Virus record (IMG/VR): IMGVR_UViG_3300020227_000120
Coordinates: 1 to 29,166 of that record
Length of the DNA: 29,166 nucleotides
Strand: one strand, 5' to 3'
From: a virus
Lineage: Duplodnaviria > Caudoviricetes
The translations under genes and the position numbers were made by a program. Below the pieces are notes generated by a model. The model saw nothing but the letters and a program-made list of their open reading frames with translations. It made no database searches and had not been told where the DNA came from. Of the stretch, positions 17,965 to 25,903 are shown one piece after another. Each line of letters begins with the position of its first letter. The first letter of the stretch is position 1.

Positions 17965-18177
17965 CTATAGATAATCAAATATGCTTGTTTGATCTGCACG
18001 CTCTAATCTATAAGTGCGTTTGATTTCTTCTAATCTCTCGTTACTAATAATGTATTCATCTATGCCAAAATACTTATGCAATCCAAATACACGATTTCTA
18101 TTATTATCTAGTGGGATAACATCGATAGTTATATTACTGTTGCTTTGTTTTAATCTATATTCTGTACTCAATCCCAT
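17965..18177 (-). CDS. Small phage protein (DUF3269-like)
   Basis: 70 aa; GAGGTG RBS; ends QTSIFDYL; usual position after sri. Confidence 0.6.
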   Translation of the reverse strand: MGLSTEYRLKQSNSNITIDVIPLDNNRNRVFGLHKYFGIDEYIISNERLEEIKRTYRLERADQTSIFDYL

Positions 18178-18348
18178 TTAGCACACCTCACGAATAGCGT
18201 CTGTTGTAGCGCGTTTTGCTTTCTCTGAGAATAAAAGTTCATTTAACATTGTTTCGTCTCCATGTGCCCCATCTATGAACTTCTGTGCGTACATATCACT
18301 TAAGTTTGGAGCTTCTAAAAAGTCTTTTACGTATTGTATTTTTAACAT
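18178..18348 (-). CDS. sri: Sri-like protein (host DnaI inhibitor family; 77ORF104/80alpha Sri)
   Basis: 56 aa, below the track cutoff: MLKIQYVKDFLEAPNLSDMYAQKFIDGAHGDETMLNELLFSEKAKR...; the SDMYAQKxID..xGDE motif and the position right after the DnaC-like gene match Sri. Confidence 0.8.
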   Translation of the reverse strand: MLKIQYVKDFLEAPNLSDMYAQKFIDGAHGDETMLNELLFSEKAKRATTDAIREVC

Positions 18349-19143
18349 TTAAACCAATCCTTTCAGTCTGTAATCATCACCATCTACTTTTATCGGTGTT
18401 GCGTTCATCATCATTCTGCTAAATTGTTTTGCTAAGTCTTTATTTTTCGTTAACTCTTTAGCTGTGTTGTTCGTTGTAATGATATTGTGCTTACCTTTAC
18501 GCATATTCATTAAGTTAAATAATTTCTGGTTACCAAAATCATTCACCGTTGTTCCATAATCGTCTAAAACAAGCAAATCTACTTCATCAATAACCTTATC
18601 TAACTCTTTTTCAGTCATTTCACTATCTTTGTTATAGGTATCTTTATAAGCTGTTAGAAGCTGTGGTACGTCCATAAAAAGTACACTGTGATCATTTGCT
18701 TTAATCACTTTAAGTGCTGCCATTGCTAAGTGAGATTTTCCTAAACCGAAATCTCCTTGCAGTAATAAAGATTGTTTATTGTTTATATCGAATTTATCAG
18801 CGTATCTTTTACATATATTAAATAACTTTTCCTGACTCTCATTTTGTGGTTCATAACTTTCAAACGTTGCTTCTTGTAAGTCATAAGGAATAATAGACTT
18901 TCGATAAATTTTTTCGATTTTTCTTCTTTGTTTCTTTTTAGCGAATGCCTTTCTTTGCTCTCTTTGAAATTCATAATTATCACAATTGCAACCGTCTCTT
19001 ACGATTTGTCCGTTATCAAATTTATAATAGTCATACTTTTTCTTGCATTCGTTACAAATCAAACCGAATTCATTTTCTATTAATTCATTTCTGAACCCTG
19101 ATTGTTTAATAGATTTTTCTAAGCCGTTCATATCAAACACCAC
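18349..19143 (-). CDS. DnaC/IstB-like helicase loader ATPase
   Basis: CxxC...CxC Zn motif; Walker A GDFGLGKS; Walker B LLVLDD; ITTN motif. Confidence 0.92.
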   Translation of the reverse strand: MVFDMNGLEKSIKQSGFRNELIENEFGLICNECKKKYDYYKFDNGQIVRDGCNCDNYEFQREQRKAFAKKKQRRKIEKIYRKSIIPYDLQEATFESYEPQNESQEKLFNICKRYADKFDINNKQSLLLQGDFGLGKSHLAMAALKVIKANDHSVLFMDVPQLLTAYKDTYNKDSEMTEKELDKVIDEVDLLVLDDYGTTVNDFGNQKLFNLMNMRKGKHNIITTNNTAKELTKNKDLAKQFSRMMMNATPIKVDGDDYRLKGLV

Positions 19144-19905
19144 CTAAAATATGTCGTTGTATTGACTGTTGTCGTAATCGCTATCTTGTTTACTGTTTCT
19201 CTTATTATTTCTCGCTTGTATATCTTCTGTAGTTATCACACCATCGTTGTACCAAGCTTTTAATATCGAATTCACATAACTCCATCTAGTTACATTGTTG
19301 TTAACTGATTCTTTCATTGCTTCAATAACTATTTCGTTACCGTTATCTTTAAAGTCGTCTATCCAATAACCGATTTGTTCCGCTACATATGGTTTAAGCA
19401 TTCCAAACCCATTTTCTTGATAGAAATCAAACGGCGATAGCTGTGCACTACTACTGTCATTCTTAGTATTGTTATTATTAGTTAAACCATTATTAGTTCT
19501 ATTATTATTAGTAGGGACGGATTCTCCGTTAACGGTTTTTCCGACGTTGGATTCTCCGATGTTGGATTTTCCGTCGTCGGATTTTCCTAGGTAGGAATTT
19601 CCGTTCTGGATAGGATGCTCGTAAACTAAGTATTCGTATCCATTAAGATGTCCTTTGTCATTACGTTTTCTAGTTCTTGCTACGTAACCTACTTCTTCTA
19701 GTTCCTTAATGCCCGATTTCAAACTATCTTTGCCGTCCTTAGTATGTTTAAGTATTTCCGACTCGTATATTTGCCAATCGTCTGGCCTACTTAATAAATA
19801 AAGTAAAATTCCTTTCGCTTTAAATGTAAGATTATTATCATGGATAAAGTTTTTATGGACAGTTACAAAATTCCCACTTTCTTTTATCGCTCTAAATGTT
19901 GCCAT
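19144..19905 (-). CDS. Replication initiator (N-terminal wHTH, C-terminal DnaD domain)
   Basis: LTFKAKGILLYLLSRPDDW and YVNSILKAW motifs; internal iterons; ATG 19905 behind GAGGTG. Confidence 0.92.
   Translation of the reverse strand: MATFRAIKESGNFVTVHKNFIHDNNLTFKAKGILLYLLSRPDDWQIYESEILKHTKDGKDSLKSGIKELEEVGYVARTRKRNDKGHLNGYEYLVYEHPIQNGNSYLGKSDDGKSNIGESNVGKTVNGESVPTNNNRTNNGLTNNNNTKNDSSSAQLSPFDFYQENGFGMLKPYVAEQIGYWIDDFKDNGNEIVIEAMKESVNNNVTRWSYVNSILKAWYNDGVITTEDIQARNNKRNSKQDSDYDNSQYNDIF
19465..19608. repeat. Phage replication origin: six 15-bp iterons plus an AT-rich tract
   Basis: From 19519: GGATTCTCCGTTAAC, GGTTTTTCCGACGTT, GGATTCTCCGATGTT, GGATTTTCCGTCGTC, GGATTTTCCTAGGTA, GGAATTTCCGTTCTG. 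Adjacent ATTATTAGT repeats at about 19465-19512. Confidence 0.85.
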
Positions 19906-20569
19906 GTTTCTCACCTCTCAACATCTTATTCAATTTTTCGTCTACATCCACCCAACTATCTTGTAAGTGGTATTTACTATTAAATGTGTTCATGCCTATT
20001 TGATGTTGTTCTGTATGGTGCTTTCTGCATAAGGCTAATACTTTATTATTTGTATGATTTATTTTGTTTCTATTTCGTCCACTACCTACTGTTTGATAAT
20101 GTGCTAAATCAGCATTTACAGCGCCACATATAACACAAGTTCGGTTAATGGTAGATTTGTATAGAAAGTATTTATCATTGCTCATGAGGTCGCTCGTTTG
20201 CTTTCTCATAGGTATGTCATATTGGCATATAAAATCTAATATAAGTTCGATTAACTCACTTGCTTGTCTTCGACTACAATTACTTAATGACATCGGTTCA
20301 TAACCATGTAAAAACTCCAACTGTTTTTGAAACATATACCTTAAATAGTCCATCGGTTGCCCGTAGTGGTCGAATATATCTCTTATCATCGCGAACACTT
20401 TACGACGTTGTTCACCTGTTATCTTGTATGGATCAATCACATCTACATCACATTCAACTTCTAATCCATTATCAAGTAGTAGAAAATCTTTATTAGTTAG
20501 TTCTACACCCTCGATGACAGCAGTTATTGTGCCGTCATCTTGTTGGATGTAACTTTTAATTATTGCCAT
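19892..20569 (-). CDS. Putative HNHc nuclease (DUF968-like)
   Basis: CVICG...ADLAH...LALCRKHHTEQH motif; usual position between ssb and the initiator. Confidence 0.85.
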   Translation of the reverse strand: MAIIKSYIQQDDGTITAVIEGVELTNKDFLLLDNGLEVECDVDVIDPYKITGEQRRKVFAMIRDIFDHYGQPMDYLRYMFQKQLEFLHGYEPMSLSNCSRRQASELIELILDFICQYDIPMRKQTSDLMSNDKYFLYKSTINRTCVICGAVNADLAHYQTVGSGRNRNKINHTNNKVLALCRKHHTEQHQIGMNTFNSKYHLQDSWVDVDEKLNKMLRGEKHGNI

Positions 20570-21124
20570 TTAAATCAACTTCTCTACCTTGTATTTAGTA
20601 TTATCTTTTGCGTTCAAAGTATTATGTCCTGTTTGTATACGACCACTTGTATAACCTGTAGACCTTTCTAACCATTTATCAGCTCTAGCCATACTTATAA
20701 ACTCTAGTTGTATACCTGTGTTCATTTGAATTAACTTAACTTTTAAATTCGTGTGTGCTAAATCATTTTCAAAAGCGTGATTTTGATTTTCTTTATAATT
20801 ACACCATTCAAGGTTGTCCACTCGGTTATTTCTAGGATTACCATCAATATGATTAACGCATTCTTTACCTTGAATTATCGGAATAAATGCAAATGCAACT
20901 AACCTATGAACCAGAAAGTCTTTGTGTTCTCCGTTCTTCCATAACGAAACTCTTACATCTCTGCCTTTAGGTGTTTTATTTTTTAAATAACGCTGTTTCC
21001 ATTTGCGCCAACATTGATGTTGCTTAGACCATGTTTGTTTATTTTTATGTGTTCTAACTCTTCCGTAATTACTAACTTCGTAAAGATTTTCATAACCTAA
21101 TACATCGCGCCATACTTCTTTCAT
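20570..21124 (-). CDS. NUMOD4-HNH free-standing homing endonuclease
   Basis: EVWRDVLGYENLYEVSNYGRVR (NUMOD4); VHRLVAFAF...VNHIDGNPRNNRVDNLEWC (HNH_3). Confidence 0.93.
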   Translation of the reverse strand: MKEVWRDVLGYENLYEVSNYGRVRTHKNKQTWSKQHQCWRKWKQRYLKNKTPKGRDVRVSLWKNGEHKDFLVHRLVAFAFIPIIQGKECVNHIDGNPRNNRVDNLEWCNYKENQNHAFENDLAHTNLKVKLIQMNTGIQLEFISMARADKWLERSTGYTSGRIQTGHNTLNAKDNTKYKVEKLI

Positions 21125-21126
21125 TT

Positions 21127-21603
21127 TTAGCAGGCCTCCTTAATGGAGGCTAAATCAAAAGGGAGGTCATCATCTTTAATATCAATAGGTCCATTGTTAT
21201 TAGCGAATGGGTTATCATTGCTTGAACGTTGATTATTCGTGCCTGTTTGTTGTCCTTTAGAAACGTTGTTTGCCTGTCCGTTGTTTTTAGGTTCCAAGAA
21301 TTGAACACTGTCTGTGACAACTTCCGTAACGAACACACGCTGACCTTCTTTATTTTCATAGCTACGTGATTGAATACGACCTTCAACACCAGCTAACTTA
21401 CCTTTAGATAAATATTTATTTACGTTCTCTGCTTGCTTTTTAAATACAACACAATTTATAAAATCTGCTTCACGTTCACCCTGTGCATTTGTGAATGTTC
21501 TATTAACAGCTAGGGTGAAAGTTGCGACACTTACGCCAGATGGTGTTGTTCTGAATTCTGGGTCTTTCGTTAAACGTCCTACTAATATGACTCTGTTAAT
21601 CAT
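21127..21603 (-). CDS. ssb: Single-stranded DNA-binding protein (9 extra residues after DDDLPF)
   Basis: [18 protein letters not shown] fold; acidic tip DDDLPF. Confidence 0.97.
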   Translation of the reverse strand: MINRVILVGRLTKDPEFRTTPSGVSVATFTLAVNRTFTNAQGEREADFINCVVFKKQAENVNKYLSKGKLAGVEGRIQSRSYENKEGQRVFVTEVVTDSVQFLEPKNNGQANNVSKGQQTGTNNQRSSNDNPFANNNGPIDIKDDDLPFDLASIKEAC

Positions 21604-22262
21604 TGGTCATTCTCCTTCTCTATTGCTTGTTTACTCCATTTATTTAATTTAGTTATTAACGCAGCTATTTGATTGTTTGTTAGTTGGTTTATATTTGTGA
21701 TATCTAATTGGTTTTTAACTTGTTCAATAGAAACATCTGTACCTAATGACTTCATTAATTCGCTAAACTTTTCTATTTCTTTTTCGAGTTCTTCAACATT
21801 TTTAGGGTCTACTTTTGAATACTTATCTTGTTTTTCTTTTGCGTCTGCATCGTCTTCATCAGTTGGTAATCCGAAAAATTTCATTAAAAAATATCTTTCT
21901 GAATAAGTTAAAGCAGTGCCTAAAGATTTACTTGGGTCATCCTGTTGACCAATAGCGAATATCGTAGATTCGATTTTCTCTTCTGAATTGTCGGTATTAG
22001 TGATTGTGTAATGTACATTAAGAGATACCACATATTCAGTTTTCTCTTTACCTTTAACGACTACATTTACAGTTTCATATTTTGCATCTGATGTTTTAAA
22101 AGTAATGTTAATACCATGCTTATATAATTCTGGATTTAATTTGTGTAGTACTTGGGAGCCTGAAACATAACTATATTGATAACCTGCTTTATCTTTAATA
22201 AAGCCCTCCATCGAATGCTTAGCTTCATTGATACGTTGATGTATATTTTTTGTTTCACTCAT
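21600..22262 (-). CDS. Erf-family single-strand annealing recombinase
   Basis: YSY...[26 protein letters not shown] Erf motif; upstream of ssb. Confidence 0.9.
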   Translation of the reverse strand: MSETKNIHQRINEAKHSMEGFIKDKAGYQYSYVSGSQVLHKLNPELYKHGINITFKTSDAKYETVNVVVKGKEKTEYVVSLNVHYTITNTDNSEEKIESTIFAIGQQDDPSKSLGTALTYSERYFLMKFFGLPTDEDDADAKEKQDKYSKVDPKNVEELEKEIEKFSELMKSLGTDVSIEQVKNQLDITNINQLTNNQIAALITKLNKWSKQAIEKENDQ

Positions 22263-22509
22263 TTAATTCAACCCTCTCACTTCTGTGTATTCTTATATGA
22301 GTTGATTCGCATATAATTTTGTCGTGTTTAGACCAGTCAATTTGTAATATTTCAAAGTCTTCTTCAAAGAATCTTCTTGCTGTTTCCACATCATCGGTGT
22401 ATTCAACTTTAGGTGCACGGTCAGTCGGTCTATTATCTACATAATGGTCAACGTCTTTATGGACTATATAGCAATATTCTTTTGTATATTTAGTCTTACT
22501 TTTATTCAT
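22255..22509 (-). CDS. Hypothetical phage protein (DUF2483-like)
   Basis: ATG 22509 behind GAAAGG; YVDNRPT...YT...ARRF motif. Confidence 0.6.
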   Translation of the reverse strand: MNKSKTKYTKEYCYIVHKDVDHYVDNRPTDRAPKVEYTDDVETARRFFEEDFEILQIDWSKHDKIICESTHIRIHRSERVELNE

Positions 22510-22744
22510 CGCAAACCAACCTTTCACCCGAAATAACTTTCTTTGCTTGTTCATAGCGTGCTAGTATTTCAGTATCTTTATGTGTGTTATTAAACATGTA
22601 GATACTCGCCATGCCTTCTTTATAGTTTTCATGTGAATGATGAAACCAAATCGTATTATCTATATATTCGATAATCATGCCTTCACATTCTATTTTTTTT
22701 AATAGATCAATGGCTAATCGCTTAAATTTTTGTTTCTTCACCAC
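22502..22744 (-). CDS. Hypothetical phage protein
   Basis: 80 aa; overlaps both neighbours in operon fashion. Confidence 0.65.
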   Translation of the reverse strand: MVKKQKFKRLAIDLLKKIECEGMIIEYIDNTIWFHHSHENYKEGMASIYMFNNTHKDTEILARYEQAKKVISGERLVCDE

Positions 22745-23001
22745 TGCATCACTCGATTCATTATTCTGTCTGCTTCATCTGTGTTCTGTTCTATCCATAT
22801 ATAAGCAGAGTATTCTAATATTTCTTGCGCAGTAGCCATACCTGCATATTCGTCATAGATATGAATACCATCTATAAAATCGTTATTTTCATTTAATAAT
22901 GTGACCTCTATATTATCGTCGTGTTTGTACAAATTAATTTTGAAATCAAAGCCTAATAATTGGATTTTTTTACTTTTGCTTGTACCTGTTTCGTAATACA
23001 T
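22738..23001 (-). CDS. DUF1108-like phage protein
   Basis: MYYETG...WIEQNTDEADRIMNRVMQW; AGGAGG RBS. Confidence 0.75.
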   Translation of the reverse strand: MYYETGTSKSKKIQLLGFDFKINLYKHDDNIEVTLLNENNDFIDGIHIYDEYAGMATAQEILEYSAYIWIEQNTDEADRIMNRVMQW

Positions 23002-23002
23002 C

Positions 23003-23097
23003 TTGTCTACCTCCTATTTTTGGTGGTATACTTATATAGATAAATGACATAAGTATATTTCGACTGTTAGCAATTGCCGTTGCTTTCAGTCTTTTTT
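23003..23097 (+). ncRNA. Candidate antisense sRNA unit (promoter 23003-23032; RNA about 23039-23097)
   Basis: TTGTCT-18 nt-TATACT with a TGn extension; hairpin GACTG-TT-AGCAAT-TGCC-GTTGCT-TT-CAGTC followed by TTTTTT. Confidence 0.5.
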
Positions 23098-23246
23098 ATT
23101 GTCTTGAAAAATTCAGGCCAAAACCAACAGTATGCTATGAAGAATGTTGCAAAGTAGATTACTGTTAAATGAATGAAATCATTTGTAAATATGAATGAAA
23201 GTGACATTGCTAATATCGATGTTAAAACTGATATAATACCGTTCAT
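23067..23246 (-). CDS. Small 2-TM membrane protein (DUF1270-like)
   Basis: 59 aa from ATG 23246 (AAGGAG RBS); hydrophobic with a basic C-terminus. Confidence 0.7.
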   Translation of the reverse strand: MNGIISVLTSILAMSLSFIFTNDFIHLTVIYFATFFIAYCWFWPEFFKTIKKTESNGNC

Positions 23247-23247
23247 G

Positions 23248-23565
23248 TTATCTCTCCTTTCCATGTATAGCTTCAAAGTTTTCGTTAATAAAGCTATTCA
23301 TTTTTCTAGCATTAAATCTCCAACGATTAAACTCTCTGTTTGGATAATGTGCGATGCCTTCTTTTCTCAAAGTTTTTTCAAATTTAGGGTTATACAATAA
23401 TTTATCTTTGATAGTGTCAACTGACGACATTTTCAATTTTTGTTTTAAATCATTCATATCCCAAACTGGATCTAATGAAGATTCTTCTAATTCTTGTAAC
23501 CTAACTGAATCAACAAGTACATATCCTTTAGGTATAGTTATTTCAACATTTAATGTTTGTCCCAT
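23248..23565 (-). CDS. DUF771-like phage protein
   Basis: ITIPKGYVLV...VWDMNDLK...WRFNARKM pattern. Confidence 0.75.
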   Translation of the reverse strand: MGQTLNVEITIPKGYVLVDSVRLQELEESSLDPVWDMNDLKQKLKMSSVDTIKDKLLYNPKFEKTLRKEGIAHYPNREFNRWRFNARKMNSFINENFEAIHGKER

Positions 23566-23584
23566 GTCCTATCTCTCCATTTCT

Positions 23585-23697
23585 CTTTCAGCACCCACAT
23601 ACAACATTTAGTTTTCGCAATGACCTTTCATGTATTATGGTGTGGCTCATATCATCGCCTACTCTCGCTCTTAAATGCTCTATGTGAGCGCTGAAAG
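23585..23697 (-). ncRNA. Candidate structured RNA between the antirepressor and the DUF771-like gene
   Basis: 17-bp closing stem with two G-U pairs that form only on the - strand, extended by further nested helices. Confidence 0.55.
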
Positions 23698-23714
23698 TCG
23701 TTTTAATTCACTCG

Positions 23715-24485
23715 CTATACTTCTAATACTTGAGCTTCATAACCAAATTCAGTTAAAATCTCATGTATTTTCAATCTGCCTTTTTGCGTCCATTTTGTTT
23801 GTGGTTGTGTATCTGGTGTGCCATCTGAACGAACAATGTTAATTGTTTCTGACTTTGTGTAACCTTTATTCATATGTTCTGTGTATAAAACCCACTGTTT
23901 ACCTACACGACGTTGTATACGTGCTTCATGCAGTAATTTATTTAATTTTTGAGCAGACAGACCGTAATCAGCTGCAATTTGTGTTATCGTCATAGTTCCT
24001 GGCGATTTTAATATTTCGTCTACATAATCAGCTTTAGGTTTAAGTTCACCAATTTCTTGTTTCAAAATTAAGTTATTTTCTTTCTCTTGTTTGTATTCCA
24101 TAAGAATATTGATAATGTAATCTGGGTCTTTCATAGTTTGTTCTATTACACTTTCAGTAGCGTAGATGCCATGTTTGCGAATGGAGGGTAAAACTTCTTC
24201 AAACACCCACTCTTCAAATTCTTCTGCTTGTGATAATTTTGACCTAGTGATTAATCTGTATAAATTACCTTCATCAATAAATTTCTTGTTTTGATTTCCA
24301 CCATTTGAAAGGACTGAACGAATCGTTACCCCCTTTTCTTTTGTATGATCTCTTACAGCTTTATGAGGGTTGGAGTATCCTAAAATTTTTGCGACTTTAA
24401 TTGCTGGGAACCATTCCTTACCTTCAATGGTTAAAATTTCTAAATTTCCAAATTGTGAATTTTTAAATACTTGTAAATTTTGCAT
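23715..24485 (-). CDS. Phage antirepressor (Bro-N + KilA-C/ANT)
   Basis: FKNSQFG...VAKILGY...WVFEEVLPSIRKHG (Bro-N); KPKADYVD...TITQIAADYG...WTQKG (KilAC). Confidence 0.93.
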   Translation of the reverse strand: MQNLQVFKNSQFGNLEILTIEGKEWFPAIKVAKILGYSNPHKAVRDHTKEKGVTIRSVLSNGGNQNKKFIDEGNLYRLITRSKLSQAEEFEEWVFEEVLPSIRKHGIYATESVIEQTMKDPDYIINILMEYKQEKENNLILKQEIGELKPKADYVDEILKSPGTMTITQIAADYGLSAQKLNKLLHEARIQRRVGKQWVLYTEHMNKGYTKSETINIVRSDGTPDTQPQTKWTQKGRLKIHEILTEFGYEAQVLEV

Positions 24486-24530
24486 TTTGCTTCCTCCTTT
24501 AAAAAAGTTATCGCTTTCGAAACTTTTAAT

Positions 24531-24743
24531 TCAAAAAAAATCATCAACCTTAATCCCTAAGTAATCAGCCAAAATTTTAGCCTCAGATGTTGAAAAATCC
24601 CTACCTTCTATTCTGTTAATTTTAATGTTTAATAAACTTCTACTCATTCCTATATCATCAGCCACTTGCTTTTGTGTTAAATCATAAAGCGCTATATAAC
24701 TTTTTATTTTGTTATATGGCTGAACTTTTGTTTTTATCACCAT
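24531..24743 (-). CDS. cro: Cro-like XRE HTH regulator
   Basis: 70 aa; LTQKQVADDIGMSRS HTH; divergent from cI. Confidence 0.85.
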   Translation of the reverse strand: MVIKTKVQPYNKIKSYIALYDLTQKQVADDIGMSRSLLNIKINRIEGRDFSTSEAKILADYLGIKVDDFF

Positions 24744-24761
24744 TAAAAGTTACCTCCTTTT

Positions 24762-24866
24762 TGTTTCGATTCCGATAACTTAATTACAGTTTACATTTCT
24801 ATTGTTTCGTCGTCAATAACTTTTTGTGAGGAATTCCTTGTGTTTCGATTTCGAAACATGTATAAT
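24762..24866. promoter_or_regulatory. Lysis-lysogeny switch: divergent promoters and three operators
   Basis: Operators TGTTTCG-N4-C(G/A)A(A/T)A.. at 24762-24779, 24803-24820 and 24841-24858 (the last is the palindrome TGTTTCGA-TT-TCGAAACA). Leftward promoter TTGACG(24816-24811)-17-TAAACT. Rightward promoter TTGTGT(24838)-17-TATAAT(24861). Confidence 0.8.
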
Positions 24867-24896
24867 TAACTTATGTTAATTAAGGAGGTATTCAAA

Positions 24897-25628
24897 ATGG
24901 GCGTTGGAAAAGGTCTAAAACGATTACGTAAACAAAATAATTTAACTATGGAAGAATTAGTAAATGATTTAAACAATAAATATCCTGACGTTGTAAAACT
25001 AACAAAAGGAAAAATATCTAAATGGGAAAACGAAAAAGAAGAACCTAGGTTATCGTCAGCTAAAGTTATAGCAGACTATTTTAATGTAGCTATAAATGAA
25101 TTATATGATGAAAAAAGTTTACCTAATATACTCACACAAATCAACGAAGTCTCGAGTAAATTAGAAGAAAAGAGGCAAAAACGCGTTTTAGCTTATGCAG
25201 AACATCATTACTCTGTGCAGCAACAAGGTGAGAATATTATTTACCTACAATCATATAAAGATTCCAAAACTGAAGAAATAAATGTAAATGGCTATGTGTC
25301 GGCAGGTACCGGTGAAACTTTAGTAGACGATATAGAATTCACAGTGAACTACCCCGCTGGCGTTGTACCACCTCATGATTTTGCTTTACAAGTTAATGGT
25401 GATTCTATGGAACCACTTTTTGAACACAAAGAAATTATATTTGTAGAAGAAAATACAAGTATTAATAGTGGGCAATTAGGTGTATTCGTTGTAGATGGCG
25501 AAGCATACGTTAAAAAAGTTTTCATATACCAAGATCATATTCGTTTAGTTTCTCTAAATCCTAAATATGGAGATATGAATTTTTATGGAGATTCTGATGT
25601 TAAATTTGCAGGCAGAGTTATCCTCTAA
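24897..25628 (+). CDS. cI: CI-like repressor (XRE HTH + S24 autopeptidase)
   Basis: HTH N-terminus; SAG cleavage site; VNGDSMEP catalytic Ser; YVKK Lys; ATG 24897 behind AAGGAGG. Confidence 0.95.
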   Translation: MGVGKGLKRLRKQNNLTMEELVNDLNNKYPDVVKLTKGKISKWENEKEEPRLSSAKVIADYFNVAINELYDEKSLPNILTQINEVSSKLEEKRQKRVLAYAEHHYSVQQQGENIIYLQSYKDSKTEEINVNGYVSAGTGETLVDDIEFTVNYPAGVVPPHDFALQVNGDSMEPLFEHKEIIFVEENTSINSGQLGVFVVDGEAYVKKVFIYQDHIRLVSLNPKYGDMNFYGDSDVKFAGRVIL

Positions 25629-25903
25629 TTTTTTAACCATAGATTTACAAAATTAATAAAAAATACTATACGAATTAATGCACGTGTCCTTGTACACGTG
25701 TGCGTTTAAATAAGTTGCTCGGAATACAAAGTTATACGAATTAAATAATTAAACGACAATTTAATTAAACTGTATATTAATTACGAAATTGTGTAAAATG
25801 TTAAAAATATTTTGTTATACATACTACAAAAGATAATATGGTTTTTGTAAACTAATATTAATGTTTTTTTATAACATAATTAATTATTAGGAGCGATTTT
25901 ATT

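Noticed and set aside
19465-19608. 15-bp repeat array as a possible CRISPR or novel repeat
   Set aside because: No spacers. The repeats are in-frame inside the initiator gene, as expected for phage origin iterons.
20570-21124. Group I intron around the HNH gene
   Set aside because: The flanking genes are intact and abut the ORF, leaving no room for an intron core. It is free-standing.
23585-23697. Hammerhead ribozyme or tRNA interpretation of the structured element
   Set aside because: No CUGAUGA core in the required context and no cloverleaf with a T-loop.
24762-24858. Operators as LexA (SOS) boxes
   Set aside because: The Firmicute LexA box is CGAAC-N4-GTTCG. These sites have different half-sites in the opposite arrangement and fit phage repressor operators.
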